Assembly (NCBI GenBank): GCA_009103225.1
Contig: RHPI01001043.1
Location: 63,978-127,977 of the forward strand
DNA length: 64,000 nucleotides
From: Chlorokybus atmophyticus
Taxonomy: Eukaryota; Plantae; Mesostigma and Chlorokybus algae
Direction: 5' to 3'
Shown: positions 1 to 12,000 of the stretch, piece after piece
How positions within the stretch are numbered: position 1 is the first letter of the stretch
How the letters are laid out: each line of letters starts with the position of its first letter
Notes under the pieces: generated by a model
Told to the model about the DNA's origin: nothing
The model's database searches: none
The model's input: the letters and a program-made list of their open reading frames with translations, nothing else
Made by a program: the position numbers and the translations under genes

Positions 1-34
1 CATAGACATGTATCCACTCACACCCTCCCCTCAG

Positions 35-3000
35 GTGGGGCAAGTGGTTCCGCGAGCAGTGGGCTGTTACCTCCACAACCAGCGACCCTTCCCCTTCTGA
101 TTGGCATGGCAGCGAGGCTTACTGGCTCGGTCCCAACGTTCCATACACTTGCCCGGGCGGGTCCACTCCTGCCACAAACGGGCAGGGCTGCCAAAACATC
201 GACCCGCAATACACACCGAGAGTTTCCTACTTCCATGTGAAGTTTCCATATTCGGTCCATGACGATAAGAGTATTGTGACCGAGTGTCCGGACCCGTTTT
301 ACTGTGATTATAAGGGACCGGGAGGGAATGTGCCGAGTAATTGTGGGAGTGCGGTTAATGCGTATGTGACGGATAAGACCAAGTGCGCGCCGTGGTCACA
401 GGTGTGTGTGCGTGTGCGTGCGTGTATCTGTATCTGTGTGCATGTATCTCTGTGCCATTGTTGACTCTGTTGGGGATGCAGGTTTACGGGTTCTTCTATG
501 GTGATGGCAACGCTGAGGACATCATCATGCTGGTGGATTCCATCGACGATACGAACAACCTAATCATCGGAAACTACCTGACGGGCGTCAGCCGATGGAC
601 ATACGATTACAGGTATGATACCAATACCACATGTTGGGTATACACACAACAACAACAAATACCCAACCCAACCCAACATGCGTGTCACACGCGCAGTTTG
701 CCTCCGAGCGGCTCATCCATGATTGCCTCCCAACCCGCGACATACGTCGCTTACTTCACCGGCGGCGACCGCGTGTACGAGTGCAGCGTCCCTTGGAACA
801 CCAACCCTGGCGTGTGTCCCACCCCACTCAACTACCTCCTCAACAACAACGCGCAGGGCCGCTTCCGCTTGGAGATCGAAATCAAAGTCACGGGAGATGG
901 CAACCGCTCCCCTATAGTGACACAAATACCCATCATGCCCGTCATGCACGTGGCGCATCCCAACTATGCGCGATTCCAAATAGCGGCATATGACCTCGAT
1001 CCCGTTGACAATAGGAACTTACAATTTAGGTTTGGTAATACGCGTGAGATGGGTGGGATTATGAGGAGTAAAGCGGATGGGGTTGTGAATAGTGCGGCGT
1101 ATTATGGCAACTTTGATTGCAATCAAGCCATGTATGAGGAGGATAGGGATGGAGATGGACAACCGGATAATAAGTGTCCCGATGATAGGACGCCGGTGCA
1201 GACGCCGCAAGCGGGAAACTCGTTCCCGACCACGGCCAAAGTGCCGGGACTCGTCGTGTGGCAGGTATGTGTGTGTGTGTGTGTATGTGTGTGTGTGCGT
1301 GTGCGTGCATGTATAGATGTGTATGCTAATCTGACCACCTGTTGGCTATCAGACCTGGCTGGATAGTGCTCCGGAGCAGAAGCTTCGTGCCGGTCTTTAC
1401 AACATGGTGGTGATGGTGTCGGACGGCAAGGTGAAGGTGCCGCTCGACTTCATGCTCTACCTCTACGACGGCAACCTCAACTTCTGCAACGAAAACTGCC
1501 TCAGCAACGTCGCCGGGACACCCACATTTGCCAGTACGTGCGCGTGCGTGTTGCATAGTCACTTGCATCGTCGTCAAGCCACTGAGTCACACCCAACAAC
1601 ACAGATAGCGATGGTATCTACGGCACCCAGCACTGCACCATCTGCGGTCTTGGAGATGGCGACTTCACCCTCTGCCAGCCCGATTCGGAGAACCTCGGCT
1701 CCGGCAACTCCACCTGCGGAGAAGTGAGCAGTTGCTGACGTTGACTCACTTCTGTCACTTGTTGAAAACTGCATTGCACACATACGCGCCCACTCGCACG
1801 TGAAAACATAGTGCACACACGCACACAAACAACAAAGTAAGCCCACAAGCCCAAACGCACGCCCACGCGCCCACACGCGCCCACGCACGCATACATATAT
1901 ACGCACACGCACACCCCAACACCCACATCCCCACTCAGGTTTCTGGCACCGCTCTCGTTCCCGTCCCCACCTCCTGCAAGCCCAACACCATGCCCACCTT
2001 CATCTCCACCGACGGCGACCAGTCCCGCAACCCGGGCGTCGAGAACTGGCTCGCCGCGTTGGACCTCACACAGTACAACGTCCCCGTGATGACAAAGTAC
2101 AGGGGAGATCCCTTCCAGTTCGATATCATCGCCGAAGACACGGACGATTGCACCACGCTGGACATCGAGACGACGGGTCTGCCTGAGGGGGCGTTCTTTG
2201 AGGACTATGTGGACTTGACGGAGCAGGGTGTGAACGGGGCCAAAGGGAGCAGGTTGTTTAGTTGGGAGGCAAGCGATGCGGATAATGATGATAGGCCCGC
2301 GCTGTCGCAGGTGGGGATGGGGGATGTGTTGGGGTGTATGTTGGGTTGGGTTGGATTGGGATGGGGTGGGGTGTGGGGGGATGGGGTGGGGCGGGGGTGA
2401 TGTGGGGCTGATGTGAATTTGTTGTGCAGGTCTGCTTCTATGCGTTCGATCAGTACCTCATCACCGCACTGCCGTTCTACTGCATCCAGCTTAAGATCAT
2501 TGACCGTCCCGTCCCAGAAGAACAGGTATGTTGACTTTGATGACACATTGGTGTCTGCACGTGTGTGTGGCACAAGAACATGCGCAGTTGCACACACGCA
2601 CGCATGTGCGCATGCGTGCGTGCCTGCGAACGTACGCACGCACGCACACACACACACACACGTGTACACAACATCATTGTATCCAACTGACCTTCCAATT
2701 CACACCAGGTCCTTCTGCGTTTCGACTGCAAGCTCGCGCTGCTTTACCAGACGGCAGAAAAGCGCTACGGCGTGTACGACGCGGGGACGTACTACTGGTC
2801 CAACTGCACGTACGAGGACTACGCGTGGCACCACGCAGCAATCGCCGTTGACGAAGCTGGAAGCGGCTCACTCATCGGTAATGAGCAGAGAGAGACACAC
2901 ACACACACACACACACACATGTGGCTGTGTGCATGCGTGTGTGATATCGCTAACTTGCCTACTGAACAGTTGACGGGAGTGTTGTGGCGGAGTTTGTCAC

Positions 3001-6000
3001 CTCCACCTACCCGACCATGTGCGATATCGTCTCGGCGCCCCCACCTCCAACAAGAAGGTGCGATTTTACAAGCCTCACTCAACTGCACACTTACACATTA
3101 CGCGCACACTCACATTCGTGCACATGGGCGCAAAACCAACTACGTGCACGCACGCGCGTGCGTGCACACTTACACATACACACATACACTTACACATACC
3201 CCCACCCACCCGCCACAGGTTGCTTTCCTACAACGACGTTGTTTCCGGCTCCCTCCCCTCTCCCCTCTACACTCCCGAGATCCGCAGTGGCTTCGTGGAC
3301 GTCAATGATGTTGTCGCTGAGGGCGACCCGGACGCGTGCTGCACGTTCAAGATCGGGATGGCGTGCCCCGCGAGTCACTTACCGTCCTTCGACGGGTTTG
3401 TCGACGAGGTGGTGGTGTACGACAGGAAGATCACGGTTGAAGAAGTGTGGGTGAGTGATGATGAGAACACGTACTCTGAGTGGGGTTGTTCACCTTGAGA
3501 TAGCACACGCGCACACGCACGCATGCACGCACGCACACGCACGCACGCACGCACATGTGCACGCACGCATACACATGCATTTGTGCTAATATGTGTGGCT
3601 CTCTCTTGTAGGATGTTATGTTCAGGATGCCGATGCACCTGCCCACGCGCGTGCTGGAGGCGCCGCGCGGTCTGCAGTTGGATGTCACGGCGGGAAGGGT
3701 GCTGTGGGCGAGGTTCAACAACCCGTGCCAAGAGGGGAAAATAGGTCAGCGAGGGAGTGAGTGTTTGTCTCTTGAGTACTGTTGCAACAGCAGTTGTAAG
3801 ACAAGTTCGATCATGTCGTGCAGTCGAATGTGTACATGTGCGTATGTGTACATGCAAGTACACATGCACACATACACATATACACATCAATGTGTGCACC
3901 ACATGCAGCAATACTTACTCGTCCGTTCACCAATGCTTCTCCTAAGATGCGTGCGTTCTGCAGTGGTTTCTCCCCCACCTCCTTCCCCTCCTCCCCCCCA
4001 TCCTCCTCCTCCCACTCCTCCCCCTCCTTCTCCTCCCCCTCCCGACACGGGCGGCCGTCGCCGCCTCCTCCAGATGGAAGGTCCCCCACCCAACACTGTC
4101 ATCGACCACGTCACGGACAAGGCCGGGTACACCGCCGGCGTGTACAACAACAACGAGACAAACATCATTGATGTGGATGATGATGTTGTCACGTTTGCGG
4201 GGAGTAGTTTCCCAACGCATTCCAAGTATGTGTACACGCCGGCGCCGTTCATGCCTGCTATGTTAGAGGGTGAGGGTGAGGAGCGTGTTCTGCATGTTGG
4301 GGATGCGAACGATGTTGTGTTTGGAGGTGTTGGGTTCGCGCGCTCGCCGTTCTTGCAGTGCGGGTTCGGGATGGAGGATAACAGAGATGATGTGGGGATG
4401 TTGTATCGGCCGCGGGAGGTGAATGATCAACCCTTCTATGATGAGTACTTTAGGGATATGCCGAAGGTTTACGAGTATGAGAGTGGCCGAGAGTGGAAGG
4501 AGACCACGTTTGGGGATGTCGCACCCGCATTTGTCGCGGATGTCAACGGCAACGCTTTGACACATGATGAAGTCGTCGATACCATCAACTCTGCGGTTAG
4601 TGTGTTTGCTCACGCACAGGCTTGCTCGCATGCGCGCGCGCACATAGATGCAGGCACTGCGCACACACACATACACACACTCACACGCTCTCGGGCCTGA
4701 CTGCAGACCTTCTACCTCACAAACCCCCACACCGACCGGCAATCCGCGTACCTCTTCTCCCCGGGTTTCCCTTTCATCTCCTGTTCCTCCCCCTCCCCAT
4801 CTTTCTCCACCCACAGAGCCTCCCTCACAGTCCTCAACGGCGGCCGCGTGGCCGCCACACCCCAACACGTCACATTCATGGAGCGCGTGGCACGCCTGTC
4901 CAACACAACGAGTGCGACATTGAGTGTCTCTGTACCGGAGGACGCGATGAGTATGAGTGTGGCGATGTGGGTGAAGGTGAAGGAGGCCACGGGTGATGCG
5001 CAGACGGTGGTGAGCGCGGAGGGTGCGGGTGGCACGAGTGTTGCGGTGCAGTTTGTGGATGGGAAGTTCCTGCTGGCGGCTCCCGCTGTTGTCACGTAAG
5101 CTGGATTGACATGCAATGCACACATGCACACACACACACACACACACACGCACGCATTCGTTGTTTAGCTCCCATAATACAAGTGCACATGTTTGTGTAT
5201 GTTGGTGGGCGCGCGCGTATGTGCATGGATGAGTGTGTCTGCCACCTCCTGCACATGCACGCACAGTTGTACACGTAAGCGCCTGCATGCGCTTGTAGGC
5301 ATGCATACACTTGATATGTGCACTCGTATGTCGCATCTGGACATGCTTGTACATTTATGCACATTCAACTTACTCATCACCTGTGTGAGCAGGCAGCAAG
5401 AGCAGGAGGCCAACACGTCCACAACAGGCCAATGGCACCATGTTGCCGTCTCCATCAACCGCGTGGCCACGCTCTTCATCGACGGCGTGACCGTGTACGA
5501 GAGCGAGTCCCTCACCATCCCAACATCTCCTCTTTCTCTCGTGCTCGGCCCCATCGACGCCGACATCGACGAGCTGAGAGTATACTCGCACGGCATCGAT
5601 GAGAACACATTACCCCACATCATGTTCAACAAAGACCTTCCCGACAACAACAGCGAGGAGCTTACATTGGCCGCACACATGCGCTTCACCGATGCGCTTA
5701 TTGACGATATCTCAGGGAACTTGGCTGATGTCAATGGTGCTGTCGAGTATATCTTTGCGGCCGTGCCTTGGCAACCAGCTTATATCGACGAGGTGAACGA
5801 CGTATTGGTGGAGTTGAAGCCTCTCGCTAAGAGCAAGATGACGGGAGGAGAAGAGCTGGTTGTTAAAGGGTTCAACTTTGCTGCTTCGCCATCGTTGCAA
5901 TGCGTGTGGGGACACAAAGTGCTCGTCCATGACAACTCTCTCTGTGAGGTACATAAACACCTGCGTATGCATACGCGCGTGTGGGTATGTGTACGTGCAC

Positions 6001-9000
6001 ATACGCACATGTGCATATGTATATGCGTGCGCGCACGAACACACATGCAAGCACAGCGTGCGCACATAGACACACAATTGCATCCTGATTGGTGTAACAT
6101 GCTGATATATACGTATCCGCCAGGTTGACAGCAACATTAATGCCACCGGCTGCTTGGAGGGCCTGGACTTGATATCCTCCATCGCTCCCGCACGCACATG
6201 TGCGAAGCCGATGTCGGCCCCGACCTACACCATCATTCCAATATACTCCACCGACGCGACCGTCAATGAAGCCGGCACGGAGATATCTTGCATCACACCT
6301 GTTGTGAATGAGACTCTTGTATTGGATTTCGGCATCGGCGGGTTGATGAGCGAACCCGTCAAGTGGGCTTTCACTGAGGTTGCGCTGGCGTGTGAAGGCG
6401 TTGGGTCGTATGCGACAACTGAGCAGGAGTTTGGTTTGGTGTTTGACAAGAAGAGAGCGTTTGCGTTCGGTGGGTGGGTTATGCCGAGAGATACGAATGA
6501 AACAGCCAGCGTGATGGCGTTTGATAACCCGCAGTCCACGCATGGACGAGTGTCGATTGATTATGATGGAGAGGCTTTCTCGTATTTTGACTCCTATATT
6601 GGCTCCATCTCTCACGTAAGTACATGCGAATTGCAGCATACACATGCATGCACACAGACAGCCGCAGACACACACACTCGCGCAAACACACGCCAGCACA
6701 TGCGCGCGCGCACACCCCCACATGCACACCTATGCACGCGTGCGCGCGCACACGCATGACTTTGCGCATTCGTGCATACGTGCACACACACATACATGTA
6801 TGCACACGCACACACTCACACTAACGTTTCACACTCATGCAGGCTGCTTTTGCCACCCCCAACATGTGGCACTACGTCTTCGTTTCCGTTGCTTCCGACG
6901 GCGAGGGCGTCTTCTACGTCGACGACTCTCCCCCCCTCTTCTTCACCACACGCGGCCGTCCCTCAGGTTCATTCACCCTCTGCAACACTGGCAATGTAGC
7001 CAACAACCAGCCCTTCTCTGGCCTCATCGATGAAGTGAAGTTGTTCACCCGCGCAATGTCCACACGTGAAGTGTATCACCACATGTGGGGTCAACTAACC
7101 GGCTTTGAGGACGGTTTGGTTGGTTATTACGGCTTCAATAGTCTAAACCAAGCTGGCAATCAAGTGGAGAGCTTAACCGGTGATGCGGTTGCGGCGTTAA
7201 CTCTAACCGGTGCTCAGTTAGTTGAGTCCTCTGCTGTTTGGCTTCCCGCTACTGTTATCGATATCCAGCCCGGTAATGGTGATATTGCCATCACCGCAGC
7301 GAATATCGCCCCGAGCAAGTGGCTGACTGCCTCTTTCGATGGAGTTGATATCAACGACCCGTCTCAGATAACAGTCGAGGGCGATATCATCATTGTGATG
7401 AGGAGTCCGGCCCTGCCTATGGGGTCGATATCGGCGTCGGTGATGAACTCACCGACATCGGCTTCATCCACAGATGCTATGGAATACGACAACATGCCAT
7501 CCATATCGGATCTGCGGGCCCTACTGGAAGCCCACTACACTTTCAGCCTCACTCTTCCCGCAGAAGACAACAGTGGCTTTGTTGTTGTGGACTACTCTGG
7601 CAATGAGAGACACGGCAGCTATGTGTTTGGCGAAGACGGGTCCAGCACAGTCACCAAGGTGGGTGTACTAAACTCAACAACATGACCAACATTGTGGTAA
7701 TGTGTGCATGTGGACTAATGTGTGTATCTCTCCCCCCTGTAGGATCGCAATGCTGTTGATAACGGGGCGGTTGTTGTTGGTCCACACGCGCGTGGAGCGG
7801 CGATATCCATCCCCGTCCCAGCAGACTACTTGTCTCATGTTGCTAATGGCACTGAGGACGCCCTGTATGATCCCTTCACTGTCTCCATGTGGATCTACAT
7901 TGAACATAACCAGACGGTAAGTGCCGTCTGTCTTTGTGCATGTGTGTGTGCGAGTGTCCGCGTGTGGGTGCATGTGGGTGCGCGTGCAAATGCGCGTGTG
8001 TACCTGTGCATGTGCGTGTGTGTGTGTGTGTGCGCGTGTGCATGTGGGTGCAGGTGTCCGTGCATGAGCGTGTGGTGTGCATGCGCATGTCAGCGTGCGT
8101 CTGTGTCATCGTGTGCACACACGCAAGCGTGCACATGCATGTGTCACTTACTGACAGCTTGACTCATCCACAGTTTGAGGCCCCCGCATCCATCTTGGGT
8201 GCCTACAAGCACGTTGCTGGCGTGTTCAATGGTGAGAGCGGGTCCGTCTACCTCAACGGCCTGCTGCTGAACGACACGGATACCACCGACATCCTCGGCA
8301 TCGCCCTCGCCACCCTTCTCACCAACGGCACGTTGTCCAACATCAACGCGCGCATGGACGAGATGTGGGTTTACTCCCGCGCACTGTCTCAGCTGGAGAT
8401 ATCCGCTCAGTATTTCACTCACGCGTACGCTCTGGACTTTGCTAACGCCGATATCGATGCCACGGCCACAGCAGTTGCATCTTTCCCACCCAACAGGTTC
8501 ACGCTCGAAGCGTGGGTTTACTGTTACAACACTGCTGGAGTCCAGACAGTGATATCGAAGCCGCACGGGGACGACAACAAGCCCGGAGTCTCTTTCGGTC
8601 TCAACGACGGGCATGTGTATCTGTCTATCTACGGCGGGTGCGATATTCAGCCTTGCTACAACGCGTACGCGGAGCTGATATCGTTCCGAGCCGTCGCAAA
8701 GGAGCGCACGTGGCAACATATCGCTGCCACGTGGGTTGATATCGGTGGCGAGGACCCCGTCATGTTCGTTTATATTGATGGGATACTCAAAGACAAGCAG
8801 GTGTTCCCCGGTTTTGTCTCGGATATTGGTGCCACGAGTCCCTCTATCGTCGTTATCGGCCAGGAGTCCACAGCACAAGGGGACAACATGAACCGATTCA
8901 ACGGGTTGATAACACATGTTGCTATCACTGAAGATGGATTGAGACCAAGTGGTAATATCAGAGCTGCAATCACTCCTCCATTCGTTATCAAAGACAGAGT

Positions 9001-12000
9001 GCTCTGCCCTGTTTGGCTGAGCCGATATCTCGACTCCGAGGCCGATATCACTCCTCTGGCAGGGATGAAGTCCGACTATATCACTCACATGTGGACCTTT
9101 GGTGAAGGCACGGGCAGTGTATCCGCTGGTTGGGCTGATATTAATGCTCGAGAGCTGGCCGCAGTGTGGATATTGTCTCAGAGCCTCTGGACAAATGTCT
9201 CATATGACGACCCTGCAGCTGCTTTTGCAACAGAAGTATCGGGACCTGCCTTGGAAATCATTGATTCAGGCGAAGCCGGTTTGTTAACCATAACCGTACG
9301 AAGCTCGTGCTCGATTAGGCGGTTAGTTGGCAGTGATGTTGTGTCGATATCCGCCACATTGGCTGCAAACGACTCGATATCAGCTCAAGTTGGGGTTATT
9401 GACCTCAATGATGGGACGTATATCGCCACCATCACACCCGATATCGGTATATGCGGGGTGTATAATGTGGTTGTGACAGTCAATAATGAAACAGCAGCCA
9501 CATTCGACACATCTGCTATGGCGGGACCCGCTTCGGCTGCCACAACTTCTGCTTTGACAGACCCAACGTTAGCCAACAACGCGGGTGTGAAGACCACACT
9601 CACAGTGCAGGCGCGCGACATCAACGGGTGTGATAAATCTATGGGTGGAGATGGTATCGCTGTTCACCTCACCGGCCCGCACGATATCGACGCGGATGTT
9701 GAGGACATGGGCAACGGACAGTATGTGGTGTCGTATACGCCACAAGTGAAGGGCATGTATGTCATGACTGCCACCGTGAATGGCACACAAGGACCCGAGA
9801 GCTTCATCTCCAACGCATGTGTACACGTCGCAGGTGAGGGGATATACGCATGTGTACACGTCCTGTGGTGTTGTACATGGTTTGCGTGTTGTACATGTTC
9901 CTGATGTTGTTGTGTTGTTGTGTCGGGCACAGCGGGTACGTCCTTGAACTTCAACGGTCAGACTAGTGTGGAGGTCTTGCACACGCCCTCGTTGTCTCTC
10001 ACCACGCCAGGGCTCACGATGTCGGCGTGGGTGAACCCGCAAGGCATCGTGCGGCAGTCCCCGCCACCGCCCTCACCTCCACCACCATCGCCCCCGCCAC
10101 CCTCACCGCCTCCACCACCTCCACCGTCGCCACCGCCGCCATCACCACCTGCGCCATCACCTCCACCACCCTCACCATGTAAGTGTGTGTGTGTGTGTGC
10201 GCGTCAGTGTGTACGTGCGCGCGCGCACACACACACACAATGCGTGCATGTGTGTGTTGTGGCAGAAGAGATGCACGATTCTTATGTTGCTGTGTGTATG
10301 TGTGCAGCTCCTCCCCCACCTGAGGCGGGTGGTAGGCGTCGTTTGCTGGCTTCTGGCGGCCCGTACTGGCGTGACCCGAGCTACCGTTTCATCTTCAACA
10401 AGAACGGTCAGGACTACGTGTACACGCCTTCCAAGAGCTACGACTTCAAGTTCACTCCCGACTACAGCGAGCTCGTGGCCACGGTTTACGTTGGCAACGC
10501 CGAATGGCGTGAAGTGAGAGCTCCATACACCAACATGGACACGTGGACACACGTAGCAGCCGTATACAACCAAACAACCTTCTCTCTATATCAAGACGGG
10601 GAGCTTATCGGACAAGAAATCTTCTCTCTTCCCAAGAAGATTGCATCCGATATCCTCCACAGACCGCTCGATATCGGCTTCGCCTTCACGGGGATGATCG
10701 ACGAGGCCACGTTGTGGCGTGTGGCGAGGACACAACAAGAGATTGTGGACACGATGCATTGCCCGCCATACATGGAGCTAGATAAGGTGGCTGCGTATTG
10801 GAGCTTTAATGATGGGAGCGGGGATGTGGCAAAGGGGTACGCGCATGACTGCTGGGTGGAGGACTATTCCAAGACATGCCTTGAAGGTGCGTGTGTGTGT
10901 GTGCTTGCGTGCACACGTGCGCGTGTGTGTGAGTACTCTCCCCAACCAGCCAGTCTGCTCTTGCGCATTCACACCTTGCGTGTTGTGCATATCTGATGCA
11001 CCATACACATCACTGACAAGGCGGTTGTTTGTTGTGTTCATATGGCGTTGTGGTAGTGTGGATTGTTGACACTCTTACGCGTGTATCACCCAGGCAACTT
11101 GGACCCCTGGCACGCGCCGTTGGGTCCCCCCACATGGGAGAACGACAACACCACCACCGCCGTTGAGGACGCTTTCTCCCACCTCGGCGTGGGCATTGTA
11201 AGTGCCCTCCACACCAGCGTGTACGGTCCCGGGTTGGCTTCCACACGCACGCACGCGTCGACACAACACGTCCTCATCCAAGCCAAGGACGAGTGCAAGT
11301 ACTGTTACGTTGGACGGGAGGCTCACTTTGTCATTGAGACAACCAAGTTTGATATACAGTACTACAACGATGTTCATGATAGCGTGGAGTATCCGCTTGT
11401 TGTGAAGAGTGTGACAGAGAGATACGATCTCGCGCCAAACTGCCCCGCGCAAGATATCTGCTTCGGGACTGCCGATGTCGGTAACGCCACCACCACGAAT
11501 AGCAGCGATAGCGCTGCCTTGCGCAGGCGCTTGCTCGGAGATAATGTTCCCGAGGGGCTGTTTGTCGCCAACCACACCATCGATATCGACGTGCTGGGCG
11601 AATTCGCTTGCACGGGCGATCTCTGGGCTGCCTTGTATGATATCGGCAACGCTGGCACTTACTTCCTCAATGTGATGCTGCTGGGTGACGGCAATATCAT
11701 CCCGGATGTCCCTCTCACCGACGAGCCCTTTGTTATAGAGGTCACGGCCGGAGATATCGCCAGCTTGGAGATGCTGGATGCGCCGCCATCGATACAAGCT
11801 ACTGCAGGCGTTATGACTGCGATTACCGTGATTGCAAAGGATGGAACCGAGGAACAGGTGAGCACACTATTGCATTGTTGCAGTGTGTGTTTATATTTGT
11901 GTGCATATACGCGCGCGCACGCGCATGTCTGCAATTGTGCGCGTGTGTCCACACATGCATGTTTCTGTCTGTCACTGCATGTACGTGCTCATGTGCACAT

